The notes: generated by a model from the letters alone, not told the origin. Shown: positions 42,028 through 52,360, counted from the first letter of the stretch. The stretch is 52,598 nucleotides of DNA from an uncultured Streptococcus sp. (GCA_963555095.1 CAUVUZ010000001.1:1-52598); one strand, 5' to 3'. Translations and numbers: made by a program.

Positions 42028-43370
42028 CAGTTCATCTCCTTTCTAACAATCTGACGGCTAGCCAGCAGTTCACGGAATTCAAGCATAGCAGTATAGGTAG
42101 CCAGGATATAGGCATGCTTACAATCTTGGTTCTCAATGGTTTTGAGAACTTGCTCCAGATTGCTTGTCTCAGTGATTTTATCAGCTGGATAGCCTGTCAC
42201 CCGTAGACGACGTGCGATTTCAGAATGACGAACACCACCAGCGTTGATTTCTGGAATGTCCATGTCAGTGATTTGTTCAAAGTCCGCATCCCAGATCCAG
42301 CTGGTATCAATTCCGTCTGCATAGTTAGCGTTAAGGAGGACAGATAGGCTAAATGGATAAGGAGCTAGTTTGATCATCTCGATAGCTTGGGTAGCACCGA
42401 CTGGATTTTTAATTAAGACAAGGGTACATTCCTTGTCATCAATATGGAAGGTTTCTTGGCGTCCAAAGACTGCACGACTCTTGTCAAATCCTTGTTTGAT
42501 CCGTTGCGAATCTGCACCGAGGAAGCGGGCAATGGCAACCGCAGCAAGGGCATTGTAGATGTTGTAGAGTCCACCGATTTGGATGCCGTATTCTTGTCCG
42601 TCGATAACAAAGCGAGAGCGATTGTTGGTCAACTCAACCAAGTCTGTCAGACGGTAGTCCAAGTCAGGACGTTTGCAGCCACAATTTTCACAGATATAGG
42701 CTCCCAAGTTGGCATAGGTATTGAGCTCGTATTTTAGAATACTTTGACAGTCAGGGCAGAGAATCCCTTCGGTATTGTAGTGAGCCAGTTGGGCAGGTCC
42801 TTTTTCCAAGTCAAAACCAAAATACTCTACAGGATTTGGAATAGCTGGCTTGTAGAATAGGGGGCTATCACCATTGAGGAGAACAGTAGCCGTAGGCACC
42901 TTGCGAATGGCATCCAAAATCATCTTATAAGTCGTGTAAATCTCACCGTAGCGGTCCATCTGGTCACGGAAAATATTAGTGATGACAAAAAGGCTAGGGT
43001 GGATGTAGTCACAGATACGAGAAAGACTGGCCTCGTCAATTTCGAGGACTGCAATATTTTTTCCAGTTTTAGAAGATTTTGCAGTCAAGAAGGTTGTCGT
43101 AATCCCTGTGATCATATTGGCACCACTAGGATTGGTCAGAACTTGACCATAAACTTCTTTTAAAATGCCGACAGTGAGGGCAGTTGTCAGGGTTTTCCCG
43201 TTGGTTCCAGTGACCACGACAATCTCGTAGTTCTCAGCTAGGTTTTGTAAAATATCTTTATCAAATTGAAGGGCGACTTTTCCTGGGAGCGTACTTCCAC
43301 GGCCAAGAAGGCTCAAGATGAAGTGAGATGAACGCCCAGCAAGAAGGCCCAAAGTAGTTTTTAATTTCAT
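42027..43370 (-). CDS. murT: Lipid II isoglutaminyl synthase subunit (Mur ligase)
   Basis: [19 protein letters not shown], Cys4 zinc finger, DTSWIWD; coupled to gatD. Confidence 0.95.
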   Translation of the reverse strand: MKLKTTLGLLAGRSSHFILSLLGRGSTLPGKVALQFDKDILQNLAENYEIVVVTGTNGKTLTTALTVGILKEVYGQVLTNPSGANMITGITTTFLTAKSSKTGKNIAVLEIDEASLSRICDYIHPSLFVITNIFRDQMDRYGEIYTTYKMILDAIRKVPTATVLLNGDSPLFYKPAIPNPVEYFGFDLEKGPAQLAHYNTEGILCPDCQSILKYELNTYANLGAYICENCGCKRPDLDYRLTDLVELTNNRSRFVIDGQEYGIQIGGLYNIYNALAAVAIARFLGADSQRIKQGFDKSRAVFGRQETFHIDDKECTLVLIKNPVGATQAIEMIKLAPYPFSLSVLLNANYADGIDTSWIWDADFEQITDMDIPEINAGGVRHSEIARRLRVTGYPADKITETSNLEQVLKTIENQDCKHAYILATYTAMLEFRELLASRQIVRKEMN

Positions 43371-43409
43371 GTTTCTATTATATCATAAAAGAAAGAAAAG
43401 ACAGATTTG

Positions 43410-43514
43410 ATACTCAATGAAAATCAAAGAGCAAACTAGGAAGCTAGCCGCAGGCTGTACTTGAGTACGGCAAGGTGAAGCTGACGTAGTTTGAATTTGA
43501 TTTTCGAAGAGTAT
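43410..43514 (+). repeat. BOX element (boxA-boxC, no boxB)
   Basis: atactcaatgaaaatcaaagagcaaactaggaagctagccgcagg...gctgacgtagtttgaatttgattttcgaagagtat; terminal atactc/gagtat inverted repeat. Confidence 0.92.
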
Positions 43515-43559
43515 GAGATTTCGCAGAAACAAAAACAGCCCAAAGAGGGCTGTGAGTGA

Positions 43560-44765
43560 TTAGTTCTGAAACCAAGTTGCGATTGGGAAGTCGTTTTGCT
43601 TCAGTTCCAATTTTGTTTTAGTTAGAAGTTGCCCATTTTCTAAGGAATACAATAACAAATGTTGATTGGTTACGACCAATACCTTGTTTGTCAAACTTGT
43701 ATCGATGTGTATTATCTCTTCTGTAGAGTCAGGTAAATCTTTTCTGACATTAATCAGATAGCTAGATTCATCAGAGAGATTGACAATAGATAAGGCACAG
43801 CGATCATTTCCATCCGCCTCGTGTTTTACAATCAAACGATCCTCTTTCGGTGTTTTATAAAGAAGATTGGGATTGTCCTCTGGTAGCGTGATGAAGTGCT
43901 TTTCCTTACTAGACAAGTTCATGACAAGTATGCGATTGTCTGGATCCTTAGAAAAGGTTTCTGTATTTCGGGTATAAGCAACGCTACTGTAATAATTGCC
44001 ACCGATTAATTCAGAAGACGTCAACATTTCAACGATCTTTCCTTCGCTTGTCAGAGGTGTGCGAGACAATTCTTTTAGTTGGTCATTTTCGTCCAATTCA
44101 ACTAGATAACCATCAAACACTAAAGCGGGTCGTTGGCGAGACTCATCATGAAACCCCAGACCGAGATAGAGGCGATTCCCTCGTCCATGAAACTGGATTG
44201 GAAAGGAAGTGGACTCGGAGAATGTTTTCTGAGTAATCAGCTTTCCTGAGATGTCAAACATACTGAGCACTCCATCCTCAGTTGTAGTTTGGCCGGTGTA
44301 GAAGAACTTGTCTGATACTCCAGCTCCCGAATAAGCATAGAAGGGAGTTGAAGTTTGTCGGATATTCCCTGTTTGAAAGTCAAGAGATACGATGTTCTGA
44401 GTGGATGCCTTCCCTCTCGTATTTCCAGATGAAAAGACGAGATAGCGATTGTCAAACCGTCCCTGAGGAAACCAGAAATTGACATCTTCTGCAATGGAGA
44501 CGTCCTCAGTCTTCATGAGCTGAAACTGATCGTTTTGTAACTGATAACTTTGAATGGATTTCGAATTGACAAGGTAAAAATCAGCAGTCTGATTGACTGT
44601 GAATCGCTGTTTTTGAGCTGAAATCAAGCGAAAAAGTACCCAGCAAAGTAGGAGAAAAATGAAGACTAGACTGACACAGAAAACCAGTGTTTTCATAGCC
44701 GGATTTTTTCCTCTAAATAGAAAGGAAAAAGGAGAGTGTTTTTGTGATTTAACTTGCCTTCCCAT
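43560..44765 (-). CDS. Membrane-anchored extracellular protein, probable beta-propeller
   Basis: AAGGAGG RBS; single N-terminal TM; repeated beta-strand/DxxTG-like blades. Confidence 0.7.
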   Translation of the reverse strand: MGRQVKSQKHSPFSFLFRGKNPAMKTLVFCVSLVFIFLLLCWVLFRLISAQKQRFTVNQTADFYLVNSKSIQSYQLQNDQFQLMKTEDVSIAEDVNFWFPQGRFDNRYLVFSSGNTRGKASTQNIVSLDFQTGNIRQTSTPFYAYSGAGVSDKFFYTGQTTTEDGVLSMFDISGKLITQKTFSESTSFPIQFHGRGNRLYLGLGFHDESRQRPALVFDGYLVELDENDQLKELSRTPLTSEGKIVEMLTSSELIGGNYYSSVAYTRNTETFSKDPDNRILVMNLSSKEKHFITLPEDNPNLLYKTPKEDRLIVKHEADGNDRCALSIVNLSDESSYLINVRKDLPDSTEEIIHIDTSLTNKVLVVTNQHLLLYSLENGQLLTKTKLELKQNDFPIATWFQN

Positions 44766-44929
44766 GTGACTAGCCTCCTTTTAGAACAGAAAATGAAGAC
44801 AACATTTTACACCTATATTATAAGCTTTTACAGCTAAAAGCACAAATAATCTTGCAAGGAAACTATAGACTGGATAGAAAAAGACAAACACCAAAATGGA
44901 TGCTTGTCTTGTGGAGAATATCTGAAAAC

Positions 44930-46246
44930 TTAAATCGCAAACAAGTCATTCAAGTTCTCAGCCAAGGTTGGGTGAGTGAAGATTTGTTTTGTGAAGTAAG
45001 TGTAAGGAATCTTGTTGTCCATAGCAACAGTGATGATGTTGATGATTTCTTGAGAACCTTCTGAGAAGATACTTGCTCCAAGAATTTCTTTTGTTTCAGT
45101 ATTGACAACTGCTTTGAAGGCTCCGCGAAGGTCGCCATTTACGTGACCACGAGGCATTGCTGCAACAGGTATTTCCTTAACAGCGTATGGAAGTTTCAAA
45201 TCAGCTGCTTGGCTTTCCGTCAAACCAACTTGTGAAAGTGCAGGTGTGATGAACATAGTGTTTGGTACATTGAGACGGTCTTCAAGGGTGTAGCTGCCAT
45301 CTCCAGCAAGGTAACTATAGACAACACGGAAGTCATCAAGTGAAATGTAGGTAAATTGAGGTCCACCGTTGACGTCTCCAACTGCAAAGACGCCAGGAAC
45401 GTTTGTTTGACAGTGTTTGTCTACTTTGATAGCACCACGTTCCGTTAGTTCAATATCGGTATTCTCAAGTTGAAGTAGTTCGACATTTGGTTTACGTCCA
45501 GTTGCATAGAGAAGGGCGTCAAAACGGTAAGTTTCGTTTTCAGTTACGACGAGAACTTGGTCACCGTCGTTTTTGATTTCAGTAGTACGGATGTTTTGAA
45601 GCAATTCAATGCCGTCTTCTTCCATGTATTGTTTAGCAAGAGCAGCGATGGAAGGCTCTGCACGAGGAAGGAAAGTATCCAAGGCATCTAGGACTGTAAC
45701 CTTGCTTCCAAGTTTGTTGTAAAGACCTGCAAATTCAAGACCGATATTTCCGCCACCAAGGACACCAAGTTTTTCAGGCAATTTGTCCAAGTTTTGAATA
45801 CCAGTCGAGTCAAAGACATTCTTACTTGTAGCAAGTCCAGGGATTGGCAAGACGTTTGAAACGGCACCAGTATTGATAACGATAGTTTCAGCAGTCAGTT
45901 CTTGTTTTTTATCACCAGCTTGGATTTCGATGACCTTGTTTGAAAGGAAGTGAGCTTCCGCATCAAAGATATCCACACCTGTACCAGCAACAGTAGCATA
46001 GTTTTTACCATTGAGGCGACTAGTGATAGTATTTTTGGTAGCAATGACTTCTTCAAAAGACAAATCTTTCTCAGCAGCAACTAGCAAGGTTTTAGTTGGG
46101 ATACAACCGATGTTGATACAAGTTCCACCGTACATAGCTTTGCTACGTTCAACGAGGGCAACTTTTTTGCCAGCTGAAGCCAGTTTCCCAGCTAGTGTTT
46201 TACCAGCTTTACCAAATCCAATAACGATTAAATCATAAGTTAACAT
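44930..46246 (-). CDS. har: Flavoprotein disulfide reductase (Har/RclA-like hypothiocyanite reductase)
   Basis: GFGKAG, GGTCINIGCIPTK, GGGNIG, FTHPTLAE; position near murT and cshA. Confidence 0.78.
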   Translation of the reverse strand: MLTYDLIVIGFGKAGKTLAGKLASAGKKVALVERSKAMYGGTCINIGCIPTKTLLVAAEKDLSFEEVIATKNTITSRLNGKNYATVAGTGVDIFDAEAHFLSNKVIEIQAGDKKQELTAETIVINTGAVSNVLPIPGLATSKNVFDSTGIQNLDKLPEKLGVLGGGNIGLEFAGLYNKLGSKVTVLDALDTFLPRAEPSIAALAKQYMEEDGIELLQNIRTTEIKNDGDQVLVVTENETYRFDALLYATGRKPNVELLQLENTDIELTERGAIKVDKHCQTNVPGVFAVGDVNGGPQFTYISLDDFRVVYSYLAGDGSYTLEDRLNVPNTMFITPALSQVGLTESQAADLKLPYAVKEIPVAAMPRGHVNGDLRGAFKAVVNTETKEILGASIFSEGSQEIINIITVAMDNKIPYTYFTKQIFTHPTLAENLNDLFAI

Positions 46247-46596
46247 TTCTATTTCCTCCTGTTAGATTTTCATTCTAGCACAAGAAAAAAACTTTTGCAC
46301 AAATCTGCTACGGGAAATGAAGTGAGCTTGAAATGCTCCCTTCAAATCCTTTGATAAACAAGTTTCAGGCTACTTTACTGTTAGAAAATCGTTTACATGA
46401 TTTTCCTAAAGGATTCTACTATCTTTTACCTCGCTCTTGTGTTATACTAGATAAGTTGCAAAGAAACTAGTACTTTTCTTTCGTGGAAAAGAAGCAACAC
46501 GGTATCTCATTTTTAAATAAAGATACGTCATGAAAAGAAAAGTATATACTACGCGCTATAGGATGGCTTCGCACCATCTTTAGAAAGAAGAATAAC

Positions 46597-48150
46597 GTGA
46601 AATTTAATGAATTTAACTTGTCTGCTGAATTGCTAGCAGAGATTGAAAAAGCTGGATTTGTAGAAGCCAGTCCCATCCAAGAACAGACTATTCCATTGGC
46701 CCTCGAAGGAAAAGACGTTATTGGTCAAGCTCAGACTGGTACAGGGAAAACAGCGGCTTTTGGCTTGCCAACCCTTGAAAAAATCCGTACAGAAGAAGCG
46801 ACCATCCAAGCCTTGGTCATCGCTCCAACTCGTGAACTCGCTGTCCAAAGTCAAGAGGAACTTTTCCGCTTTGGTCGTAGTAAGGGAGTGAAAGTTCGCT
46901 CAGTTTACGGTGGTTCCAGCATTGAAAAACAAATCAAAGCCCTTAAATCTGGTGCCCACATCGTGGTAGGAACACCAGGCCGTCTCTTGGACTTGATTAA
47001 ACGCAAGGCCTTGAAATTACAAGATATTGAAACTCTGATCCTTGACGAAGCGGATGAAATGCTCAACATGGGCTTCCTTGAAGACATCGAAGCCATCATT
47101 TCCCGTGTCCCTGAAAATCGTCAAACCTTGCTCTTTTCAGCAACCATGCCAGATGCTATCAAACGTATTGGTGTTCAGTTTATGAAAGAACCTGAGCATG
47201 TCAAGATTGCTGCCAAGGAATTGACAACAGAGCTGGTTGATCAGTACTATATCCGAGTTAAGGAACAAGAGAAATTTGATACTATGACACGTCTCATGGA
47301 TGTGGAACAACCAGAGCTTGCTATCGTATTTGGTCGTACCAAACGCCGTGTAGATGAATTGACTCGTGGACTTAAAATCCGTGGCTTCCGTGCAGAAGGA
47401 ATTCATGGTGATTTGGATCAAAATAAACGCCTTCGTGTCCTTCGTGATTTTAAAAATGGCAATCTTGATGTTCTAGTTGCGACAGACGTTGCAGCACGTG
47501 GTTTGGATATCTCGGGTGTGACCCATGTCTACAACTACGATATTCCACAAGATCCTGAAAGTTATGTTCACCGTATCGGTCGTACAGGTCGTGCCGGTAA
47601 GTCAGGTCAGTCTATTACTTTCGTAGCGCCAAATGAAATGGGCTACCTTCAAATTATTGAAAACTTGACTAAGAAACGCATGAAAGGCTTGAAACCAGCG
47701 ACAGCAGAAGAAGCCTTCCAAGCTAAGAAACAAGTAGCGCTCAAGAAAATCGAACGAGACTTCGCAGACGAAGCAATTCGTGGGAACTTTGAGAAATTTG
47801 CTAAAGATGCTCGTAAGTTAGCTGCAGAATTTAGTCCAGAAGAATTGGCTATGTATATCTTGAGTCTGACTGTACAAGATCCAGACAGCCTTCCTGAAGT
47901 GGAGATCGCGCGTGAAAAACCACTGCCATTTAAACCATCTGGAAACGGACGTTCTGGAAGTAATCGTGGACGCGACAATCGTCGAGGTGATAACCGTCGT
48001 GGTGGTCGCCGTGATGACTTCAAGAAAGGTAGTCGTGGAAACGATCGTTATGATAAGGAAAAACGTTACCGTAAGGATAATAAAAAACCTCGCAACACTT
48101 CAAGCGAAAAGAAAACAGGCTTTGTTATTCGTAACAAGGGCGATAAATAA
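46597..48150 (+). CDS. cshA: DEAD-box RNA helicase CshA
   Basis: AQTGTGKT, DEAD, SAT, HRIGRTGR; basic C-terminal tail. Confidence 0.95.
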   Translation: MKFNEFNLSAELLAEIEKAGFVEASPIQEQTIPLALEGKDVIGQAQTGTGKTAAFGLPTLEKIRTEEATIQALVIAPTRELAVQSQEELFRFGRSKGVKVRSVYGGSSIEKQIKALKSGAHIVVGTPGRLLDLIKRKALKLQDIETLILDEADEMLNMGFLEDIEAIISRVPENRQTLLFSATMPDAIKRIGVQFMKEPEHVKIAAKELTTELVDQYYIRVKEQEKFDTMTRLMDVEQPELAIVFGRTKRRVDELTRGLKIRGFRAEGIHGDLDQNKRLRVLRDFKNGNLDVLVATDVAARGLDISGVTHVYNYDIPQDPESYVHRIGRTGRAGKSGQSITFVAPNEMGYLQIIENLTKKRMKGLKPATAEEAFQAKKQVALKKIERDFADEAIRGNFEKFAKDARKLAAEFSPEELAMYILSLTVQDPDSLPEVEIAREKPLPFKPSGNGRSGSNRGRDNRRGDNRRGGRRDDFKKGSRGNDRYDKEKRYRKDNKKPRNTSSEKKTGFVIRNKGDK

Positions 48151-48182
48151 GAAAAAGCGGTTCAAAATGAATCGCTTTTTTA
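48150..48182. terminator. Bidirectional terminator
   Basis: aaaaagcggttca-aaa-tgaatcgctttttt. Confidence 0.85.
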
Positions 48183-48266
48183 TATAAGGAGACCGATAGT
48201 AAAAGAAGATGTATAAAAGTAAAGGAAAGGTGAGATGGGAAGGGGAACTTTAATCCATCTTCTTAT
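48150..48266 (-). ncRNA. Putative small RNA divergent from codY
   Basis: Minus-strand TTGACA(48301-48296)-17 nt-TATAAT(48278-48273), terminator about 115 nt downstream, no credible ORF. Confidence 0.6.
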
Positions 48267-48359
48267 AATGTTATTATATAAAAATTGGAACAGAATGTCA
48301 ATAAAAAATTGCTATTTTTATAAAATATTTTTGCTTTTAAAAATTGCAATTCAATAAGC

Positions 48360-48404
48360 AATTTTCAGATAATTATTGAAATAAAGACTTTTCTATGTTA
48401 TAAT
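48360..48404 (+). promoter_or_regulatory. CodY box and codY promoter
   Basis: AATTTTCAGATAATT (1 mismatch to AATTTTCWGAAAATT) next to TTGAAA-17 nt-TATAAT with extended TG. Confidence 0.85.
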
Positions 48405-48430
48405 GGAAGCGATTATATGCGAGGTGAAAA

Positions 48431-49219
48431 ATGGCACATTTATTAGAAAAAACAAGAAAAATTACATCAATTTTAAAACGCTCAGAAGAGCAAATGCAGG
48501 ATGAACTTCCCTACAATGCCATTACACGTCAACTAGCAGACATTATTGATTGCAATGCCTGCATTGTCAATAGCAAGGGTCGTCTTTTGGGTTACTTTAT
48601 GCGCTATAAAACTAATACAGACCGTGTAGAGCAGTTTTTCCAAACCAAGACTTTCCCAGATGACTATGTTCAAGGGGCAAACATGATCTATGATACAGAA
48701 GCCAATCTTCCTGTTGAACATGATTTGACCATTTTCCCTGTAGAGAGCCGTGCGGACTTTCCAGATGGTTTGACAACCATTGCTCCCATTCATGTATCAG
48801 GGATTCGCCTAGGTTCGTTGATTATTTGGCGCAATGATAAGAAATTTGAAGATGAAGATTTGATCCTTGTCGAGATTGCGAGCACGGTTGTGGGGATTCA
48901 ACTCTTGAACTTCCAACGTGAAGAAGATGAGAAAAATATTCGCCGTCGTACGGCTGTTACTATGGCGGTCAATACCCTTTCTTATTCAGAACTTCGTGCC
49001 GTATCAGCTATTTTAGCTGAATTGGATGGAAATGAAGGGCAGCTGACTGCATCAGTTATTGCAGATCGTATTGGCATCACGCGCTCAGTGATCGTCAATG
49101 CGCTTCGTAAACTGGAGTCAGCAGGAATTATTGAGAGTCGTTCACTCGGAATGAAGGGGACTTATCTCAAAGTTCTAATTGGTGATATTTTTGAGGAAGT
49201 GAAAAAGAGGGACTACTAA
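48431..49219 (+). CDS. codY: Global regulator CodY
   Basis: GAF domain plus [29 protein letters not shown]. Confidence 0.98.
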   Translation: MAHLLEKTRKITSILKRSEEQMQDELPYNAITRQLADIIDCNACIVNSKGRLLGYFMRYKTNTDRVEQFFQTKTFPDDYVQGANMIYDTEANLPVEHDLTIFPVESRADFPDGLTTIAPIHVSGIRLGSLIIWRNDKKFEDEDLILVEIASTVVGIQLLNFQREEDEKNIRRRTAVTMAVNTLSYSELRAVSAILAELDGNEGQLTASVIADRIGITRSVIVNALRKLESAGIIESRSLGMKGTYLKVLIGDIFEEVKKRDY

Positions 49220-49794
49220 TGGCAAAGGCTTTAATCTCGATTGACTATACAGAGGATTTTGTAGCAGATCAGGGGAAATTGACAGCAGGTGCTCCTGCTC
49301 AAGCCATATCAGAGGCGATTGCTCAGGTGACCAGACTGGTTTTTGATCGTGGAGACTATGTTTTCTTCACTATTGATGCTCATGAGGAAGGGGATGATTT
49401 TCATCCTGAGAGTAAACTTTTCCCACCTCACAACATCATTGGAACTAGTGGTCGCAACTTGTATGGAGAACTAGCAGATTTTTACCAAGCCCATGCTTCT
49501 GATAGTCGTGTCTTTTGGATGGACAAACGTCACTATTCAGCATTTTCGGGAACAGACCTAGATATCCGCTTGCGGGAACGTCGTGTAGATACAGTCATCC
49601 TAACTGGAGTCCTGACTGACATTTGCGTTCTTCATACGGCTATTGATGCCTATAATTTAGGTTATCAAATCGAGATTGTCAAGCCTGCGGTTGCCTCTAT
49701 CTGGCCAGAAAACCATCAATTTGCTCTTGGGCATTTTAAGAACACTTTGGGAGCCACCTTGCTGGATGAAAATCTTACTGAAATTGAACTATAA
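49219..49794 (+). CDS. pncA: Nicotinamidase / isochorismatase-family cysteine hydrolase
   Basis: IDYTEDF, FPPHN, KRHYSAF, GVLTDICV. Confidence 0.8.
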   Translation: MAKALISIDYTEDFVADQGKLTAGAPAQAISEAIAQVTRLVFDRGDYVFFTIDAHEEGDDFHPESKLFPPHNIIGTSGRNLYGELADFYQAHASDSRVFWMDKRHYSAFSGTDLDIRLRERRVDTVILTGVLTDICVLHTAIDAYNLGYQIEIVKPAVASIWPENHQFALGHFKNTLGATLLDENLTEIEL

Positions 49795-49830
49795 GCCTGT
49801 TGGAAAAATGAAAAAAATCTGAAAAAAGTG

Positions 49831-49859
49831 TTGACAAAGATTTTGAAAGTTGATATACT
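49831..49859 (+). promoter_or_regulatory. SigmaA promoter of the tRNA gene
   Basis: TTGACA-17 nt-TATACT with extended TG. Confidence 0.85.
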
Positions 49860-49874
49860 AGTAAAGTAATCGAC

Positions 49875-49960
49875 GCGGGGATGGCGGAATTGGCAGACGC
49901 GCAGGACTAAGGATCCTGTGACCGCTTTAGGTCGTGAGGGTTCAAGTCCCTCTCTCCGCA
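49875..49960 (+). tRNA. tRNA-Leu(AAG)
   Basis: Anticodon arm CAGGA-CT AAG GA-TCCTG, long variable arm, GGTTCAAGTCC T-arm; CCA not encoded; terminator follows. Confidence 0.95.
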
Positions 49961-50354
49961 TAGGATAAGAGTTAGCTTTGGCTAGCTCTTTTTGTTTTTA
50001 CAAAGAAAACTAGAGGTAGAGTTCGACTATCGGAAGAGCTTGGCATCAAGAACAGTCATTGTATCAGAACATTTAAACTGAGTTTTCCATTTCATTCTAT
50101 CAAGAATTTCTTCAAACACAAGTCAGAAAATGAAGAACTTAGGAAATGGAAAAATACTAAGCAGAAAGATGTGACTATCATTTTTAAAATGAAGTAGATT
50201 TTTGATTGGTACTATGCCTCCTTATAGTAAGAAGAAAAGTTAGTAGTTGCTAGCTTTCTTTATTTTTTCAAAAAATAAATCGAAAAATTTTTTCGATTTC
50301 ATAAACATTTCATATTTGGATTTTATAATAGTCTTACAAATATGGAGGTGACAA

Positions 50355-51632
50355 ATGAATCCAATCCAAAGAGCTTGGGCTTATGTCAGCAGAAAACGAC
50401 TGAGAAGTTTTATTTTATTTCTGATTTTATTGGTCCTATTGGCCGGAATTTCAGCCTGTTTGACTCTGATGAAGTCCAACAAAACAGTAGAAAGTAATCT
50501 TTACAAATCACTCAACACATCTTTTTCTATCAAAAAGATAGAAAATGGACAGACCATCAAGTTGTCTGACCTAGCATCCGTGAGCAAGATTAAGGGACTG
50601 GAAAATGTCTCTCCTGAACTCGAAACGGTCGCAAAACTGAAAGACAAGGAAGCGGTGAGTGGTGAGCAGAGCGTAGAACGTGATGATTTGTCAGCTGCAG
50701 ACAAGAACTTGGTTAGCTTAACGGCTCTCGAGGATTCATCCAAGGATGTCACCTTTACCAGTTCGGCTTTCAATCTAAAAGAAGGGCGACACCTTCAAAA
50801 AGGAGATTCCAAGAAAATCCTCATCCACGAGGAGTTGACCAAGAAGAATGGTCTTTCGCTTCACGACAAGATTCGCTTGGACGCTGGTCAGTCTGAAGCT
50901 GGAAAAGGACAAACAGTTGAGTTTGAGATTGTCGGCATCTTTTCTGGTAAAAAACAAGAGAAATTCACAGGCTTGTCTTCTGACTTTAGTGAAAACCAAG
51001 TCTTTACAGACTATGAAAGTAGCCAAACTCTTTTGGGAAATAGTGAACCGCAAGTCAGTGCAGCTCGCTTCTATGTAGAAAATCCTAAGGAAATGGATGG
51101 ACTCATGAAGCAGGTGGAAAACTTGGCCTTGGAAAGTCAAGGCTACCAAGTCGAGAAGGAAAACAAGGCCTTTGAACAAATCAAAGACTCAGTTGCAACC
51201 TTCCAAACCTTCCTCACCATCTTCCTTTATGGGATGTTGATAGCTGGAGCTGGAGCCCTAATTTTGGTCTTGTCACTCTGGTTGAGAGAAAGGGTCTACG
51301 AAGTGGGGATTTTACTCGCACTTGGAAAAAGCAAGATCTCAATCTTCCTACAATTCTGTTTAGAGGTAGTTTTGGTATCTCTCGGAGCTTTGCTTCCAGC
51401 ATTTGTTGCAGGAAACGCAATCACATCCTATCTGCTACAAACCGTACTAGCAAGCGGAGATCAGGCAACCTTACAAGACACGCTAGCTAAAGCAAGCGGT
51501 CTATCAACTAGTCTCCTATCCTTTGCAGAATCCTATGCTTTTCTGCTCCTGATTGGTTGCTTGTCTGTAGCCCTTTGTTTCCTATTCTTATTTAGAAAAT
51601 CACCGAAAGAAATTTTATCATCTATTAGTTAA
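50355..51632 (+). CDS. vex1: MacB/FtsX-type ABC permease Vex1
   Basis: MNPIQRAWAYVSRKRLRS start, large extracellular domain, ERVYEVGILLALG. Confidence 0.9.
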   Translation: MNPIQRAWAYVSRKRLRSFILFLILLVLLAGISACLTLMKSNKTVESNLYKSLNTSFSIKKIENGQTIKLSDLASVSKIKGLENVSPELETVAKLKDKEAVSGEQSVERDDLSAADKNLVSLTALEDSSKDVTFTSSAFNLKEGRHLQKGDSKKILIHEELTKKNGLSLHDKIRLDAGQSEAGKGQTVEFEIVGIFSGKKQEKFTGLSSDFSENQVFTDYESSQTLLGNSEPQVSAARFYVENPKEMDGLMKQVENLALESQGYQVEKENKAFEQIKDSVATFQTFLTIFLYGMLIAGAGALILVLSLWLRERVYEVGILLALGKSKISIFLQFCLEVVLVSLGALLPAFVAGNAITSYLLQTVLASGDQATLQDTLAKASGLSTSLLSFAESYAFLLLIGCLSVALCFLFLFRKSPKEILSSIS

Positions 51633-51644
51633 GAAGGAGAAATC

Positions 51645-52277
51645 ATGACTTTATTACAATTGCAAGATGTTACCTACCGTTATAAGAACACTGCTGAAGC
51701 AGTTTTATATCAGATCAAGTATAATTTTGAACCCGGAAAATTTTATAGTATCATTGGTGAGTCAGGAGCAGGAAAATCCACTCTCTTGTCCCTACTGGCT
51801 GGTTTAGATAGTCCTGTTGAAGGTTCTATCCTTTTCCAAGGAGAGGACATTCGTGACAAGGGGTATTCTTACCATCGCATGCACCATATTTCCCTGGTCT
51901 TTCAAAATTATAACTTGATAGATTATCTTTCTCCGCTGGAAAATATCCGCTTGGTCAACAAAAAAGCAAGCAAGGATACACTTCTTGAGCTTGGTTTGGA
52001 TGAAAGTCAGATCAAGCGGAACGTTCTCCAGTTATCAGGTGGTCAACAGCAACGTGTAGCCATCGCTCGCAGTTTGGTATCAGAAGCTCCGGTTATTCTA
52101 GCTGATGAGCCAACAGGAAATCTGGACCCTAAAACCGCCGGAGATATTATCGAACTACTCAAATCACTTGCCGAGAAAACAGGTAAATGTGTGATCGTCG
52201 TCACCCACAGTAAAGAAGTGGCACAAGCGTCAGATATTACACTTGAATTGAAGGATAAGAAACTGACTGAAATATAG
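51645..52277 (+). CDS. vex2: ABC ATP-binding protein Vex2
   Basis: GESGAGKS, LSGGQQQR, LADEPTGNLD. Confidence 0.92.
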   Translation: MTLLQLQDVTYRYKNTAEAVLYQIKYNFEPGKFYSIIGESGAGKSTLLSLLAGLDSPVEGSILFQGEDIRDKGYSYHRMHHISLVFQNYNLIDYLSPLENIRLVNKKASKDTLLELGLDESQIKRNVLQLSGGQQQRVAIARSLVSEAPVILADEPTGNLDPKTAGDIIELLKSLAEKTGKCVIVVTHSKEVAQASDITLELKDKKLTEI

Positions 52278-52360
52278 AATCTAGTTATTAAACTTTAAAA
52301 TAGTATTAGTTGGTAACCAGATACGTGTAAAGTAATAATAAACGAAGTGAGTCATTAACA

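Noticed and set aside
47940..48080. Arg/Gly/Asp repeats at the cshA 3' end
   Set aside because: Ordinary low-complexity basic tail of CshA helicases
49716..49961. 81-aa ORF antisense to the tRNA, and other short antisense/overlapping ORFs in the track
   Set aside because: Shadow frames of real genes or the tRNA; no RBS or motifs
50020..50225. Possible minus-strand gene remnant with AAGGAGG RBS after the tRNA
   Set aside because: No proper start codon at the right spacing; only short unrecognisable frames; no att-like duplication of the tRNA 3' end seen
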